Shown in pieces: positions 61,322 through 64,000 of a DNA stretch of 64,000 nt. The notes beneath the pieces were generated by a model that did no database searches, was not told the DNA's origin, and saw nothing but the letters and a program-made list of their open reading frames with translations. The first letter of the stretch is position 1, and the number at the start of each line of letters is the position of its first letter. The stretch is from Candidatus Altimarinota bacterium (GTDB lineage Bacteria > Patescibacteriota > Gracilibacteria > UBA1369 > GCA-2718715): the NCBI GenBank assembly GCA_041242255.1, contig JBESAV010000001.1, positions 544,001 to 608,000 of the forward strand. Reading direction: 5' to 3'. The translations under genes and the position numbers were made by a program.

Positions 61322-62839
61322 TTGTACACCAAGGATAGAAACCCAATAAAACCAATTCTAACTGGAGCCTTATGTCTAGTGTTTCTTATAGTTAGTCTCT
61401 TAGTCGAATCAAGCTTTGCTAACACAGTTCAATCCGAACCAGATTATATTTTTAAGATCGAGTCTCAACCATCAGATTTTACTCTAACATTCAAAGATTC
61501 CGAGCCAGCTCAACCAAGTTCAAATTTTATTTTCAATTTCCCAACCAGCCTAAAAGCCAACAACAATCTATCGGTCATAAACTCTTTTAAAGACACAAGG
61601 TATGTCCTCAGCCAAGACACAGAACTTTCTACTCTTATTGCTAGAAACGACGACCAAAGGCTTCATACCAAGCTAGAGTCAGGTCAGCTAATTCTTGATG
61701 CCAGGCAAACCTCTCAAAGCATCCAAACAATTCAAGTCGGAAATGTATTCTTGAAACCTTTCACAAACGGAATCTACTACCTTTCCAAAAGTGAAAACAA
61801 CACAACCATAGGATCGATCCAAGGTTCATTTGTGCTTGGAGTTTACGGTAGTAACGGTAGCCTTCAGAGCACCTTACTAATCCATAGATACCAAGAAGTA
61901 AATTTTGGTTCATTTCTTGATCCAAACTCAGTAGAGGTAAGCTCACTTTCAAGCAACAATTTCACTGACGATTTTAGATTCTCCCAATTTTACAACATAG
62001 ATCAAAGCGTACTAGAAGGAGAACTATTCACACTTACATTCAAAGGTAAAACATTAAAAGCAACCAACTCAAATCCAATCCAAGCCTCATTAAGCCCACT
62101 AAATTTTAATCAAAGAAAAGAAAATTTCCTTATTGTTTATCCTTTCTACAAAAAGCTAGAAGACGCTAAGCAACTAATAAAAGCCAACAACACAGAAAAT
62201 CTAAGTCAAACTTTAGCAGAAGCCCGTCAGATATATTCTGCAGCTATCACTGAAGATCCAACGGGCCAATCTCTCTTCCGAGAAACAGCGAACATGAACC
62301 TTCAGCTAATCTCTGGTTTAAACCCACTTTCAAAATACAACTCCTTGAAGATTTTTTTAGCAGACACTTTCAGTAATTCGTTAGATAGTGTCACTGCCTT
62401 GAAACTTTCCTTATCTTTATTGGAAGACATAAATTATGGATATGATAATTCTAAACCAGATATATCAGTTAGATCTGAGCAAGTTTTATTAAAAGTCATC
62501 TCTTCATCAGGTTTAAAAGAAATCCAAACCAGCGACAAGATCAATTTAGTCGTAGTTATGGATAATATTATTGATACATATCCCCAGTCACTAACCTCAA
62601 CACTTTTTAGAGCAAGAGAACAGGTGGTTCAAGAAATAATGTCAGAAACAGATGACCAGGATCTTATAAATCAATTTGAAGCCAGAAAAATAACTTTCAT
62701 TCAAGAAGTAATTAACCGTGCTCAATCCGGAGATATTGAAATTGAAAAGGCTAAGAATATAAGTTTTACAATTATTGAAACCCTTCCAGAAGACCTACAA
62801 GACACATACAGACTTCAACTTAATGAAATAGATCAGTAA
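61322..62839 (+). CDS. hypothetical exported protein
   Basis: 505 aa; signal-like N-terminus; beta-rich region followed by a helical region. Confidence 0.65.
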   Translation: MYTKDRNPIKPILTGALCLVFLIVSLLVESSFANTVQSEPDYIFKIESQPSDFTLTFKDSEPAQPSSNFIFNFPTSLKANNNLSVINSFKDTRYVLSQDTELSTLIARNDDQRLHTKLESGQLILDARQTSQSIQTIQVGNVFLKPFTNGIYYLSKSENNTTIGSIQGSFVLGVYGSNGSLQSTLLIHRYQEVNFGSFLDPNSVEVSSLSSNNFTDDFRFSQFYNIDQSVLEGELFTLTFKGKTLKATNSNPIQASLSPLNFNQRKENFLIVYPFYKKLEDAKQLIKANNTENLSQTLAEARQIYSAAITEDPTGQSLFRETANMNLQLISGLNPLSKYNSLKIFLADTFSNSLDSVTALKLSLSLLEDINYGYDNSKPDISVRSEQVLLKVISSSGLKEIQTSDKINLVVVMDNIIDTYPQSLTSTLFRAREQVVQEIMSETDDQDLINQFEARKITFIQEVINRAQSGDIEIEKAKNISFTIIETLPEDLQDTYRLQLNEIDQ

Positions 62840-62906
62840 AGAGATAAATTTTTGCAATCGTTCTAATAGTGCTATACTAGGCGGGACAAAAATATAAAGT
62901 CCTTTC

Positions 62907-64000
62907 ATGAACGACAAAAATAAAGTTACTCAAAGTTATTCTGCCCAGAATATTACCGTATTAGAGGGGTTAGCTGCAGTTAGAAAAAGGCCAGGGATGT
63001 ATATCGGTACAACCGATGTAGCTGGTCTTCATCATATGATTTGGGAGATCGTAGATAATTCTATCGATGAAGCTCTTGCAGGTCATTGTACTCAAGTTGA
63101 TGTAGTTATCCACAAAGATGGATCACTTTCAGTAGAGGATGATGGTCGTGGTATTCCAGTTGATACAGTAAAGAAAACTGGAAAATCAGCACTCGAAACA
63201 GTTCTTACTGTCCTTCATGCCGGAGGTAAATTCGGTGACGGTGGATATAAAGTTTCAGGTGGTCTACATGGTGTAGGTGTTTCGGTAGTAAATGCTTTAT
63301 CTACAAGCCTTATCGCACAAGTAAAAAGAGATGGAAAACTTCACCAACAAAAATACTCAGAAGGTAAAATCCTTAATGATATCGAGGTAATTGGAGAAGC
63401 TAAAGATACAGGTACTAAGATAACCTTCACTCCAGACGATAAAATATTTGAAACTACTAAGTTCGATTTCAAGACAATAGTTAACAGATTAAGACAGCAA
63501 GCTTACCTGACCAAAGGTGTAACAATCACCATTACTGATGAAAGAGATGGTCAAAGAGCTAAGTTTTACTTTGAAGGAGGTGTAAGCTCTTACGTCCTAC
63601 ATATCAATAAAGATAAAGAATCAATCTCAAAAGTATTCTATACCGAAAAAGAATTAGACGACGTACAAGTAGAAATATCTCTCCAGTACAGTACCTCATA
63701 CCAAGAACATATTTTCACTTTCGCCAACAACATCTCAAATCCCGAAGGTGGAACTCATTTAACTGGATTCAAAGCTGCACTTACTAGAACAGTAAACACG
63801 TATGCCAGAGATAACGGACTCCTGAAGGAAAAAGATGAGAATCTTAGCTCTGACGATGTAAGGGAAGGTCTTACAGCAGTAGTTTCTGTGAAGATACCAG
63901 ACCCTCAGTTTGAAGGACAAACCAAGTCCAAACTATCTAATCCAGAAGTAAGATCAGTAGTAGAAAGAGTTTTCTCTGAAGAATTAGATTACTACCTCCA
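62907..64000 (+). CDS. gyrB: DNA gyrase subunit B, 3'-partial (missing from ORF track)
   Basis: ATG at 62907: YSAQNITVLEGLAAVRKRPGMYIG, EIVDNSIDE, DDGRGIP, LHAGGKF, SGGLHGVGVSVVNALS, PQFEGQTK. Confidence 0.97.
   Translation, partial: MNDKNKVTQSYSAQNITVLEGLAAVRKRPGMYIGTTDVAGLHHMIWEIVDNSIDEALAGHCTQVDVVIHKDGSLSVEDDGRGIPVDTVKKTGKSALETVLTVLHAGGKFGDGGYKVSGGLHGVGVSVVNALSTSLIAQVKRDGKLHQQKYSEGKILNDIEVIGEAKDTGTKITFTPDDKIFETTKFDFKTIVNRLRQQAYLTKGVTITITDERDGQRAKFYFEGGVSSYVLHINKDKESISKVFYTEKELDDVQVEISLQYSTSYQEHIFTFANNISNPEGGTHLTGFKAALTRTVNTYARDNGLLKEKDENLSSDDVREGLTAVVSVKIPDPQFEGQTKSKLSNPEVRSVVERVFSEELDYYL

Noticed and set aside
61242-62906. Replication origin near gyrB
   Set aside because: No dnaA/dnaN genes or DnaA-box cluster were seen, and the intergenic gaps are short.
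1-64000. Genetic code 25 (TGA=Gly) as in Gracilibacteria/SR1
   Set aside because: Long conserved genes are intact under code 11, and TGA serves as a stop at sensible gene ends (e.g. metG, trhO).

Overview
AT-rich bacterial chromosomal segment read in the standard code (table 11). The gene set (TrmB-family regulators, sigma70-r4/HARE-HTH proteins, DUF5663-like protein, lone VirB4-like ATPase, SLH proteins, many orphans) suggests a Patescibacteria/CPR genome, possibly Peregrinibacteria-like; this is inference. Housekeeping genes include glyA, htrA, bcp, an RsmF-like methylase, pepP, trhO, ruvA, yjjX, tgt, L31 type B, gyrA, partial gyrB, tRNA-Leu(GAG) and tRNA-Val(TAC). There is also a copper-resistance cluster. 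The main discovery is a tandem array of integrative elements stacked at the 3' end of tRNA-Leu (about 24.8-37.3 kb). One intact large serine recombinase has its last codons supplied by the tRNA. Two upstream junctions (30621 and 24839) each join a recombinase 3'-end remnant to an in-frame displaced C-terminal tail, consistent with attP lying inside the integrase gene and with repeated accretion. The younger element carries an OLD-family ATPase/TOPRIM nuclease and a promoter-preceded, multi-stem candidate ncRNA. The older, recombinase-less cassette carries a coupled operon of 2H-phosphoesterase, extra MetRS, PLP decarboxylase, nucleotidyltransferase and sulfotransferase, a gene combination I do not recognise. 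Other observations are a recurrent 16-bp promoter spacer, a TGT lacking its zinc ligands next to Zn-free L31, and a TrmB-orphan-TrmB-HARE-HTH module. All family calls are from motif recognition by eye; no database searches were run.
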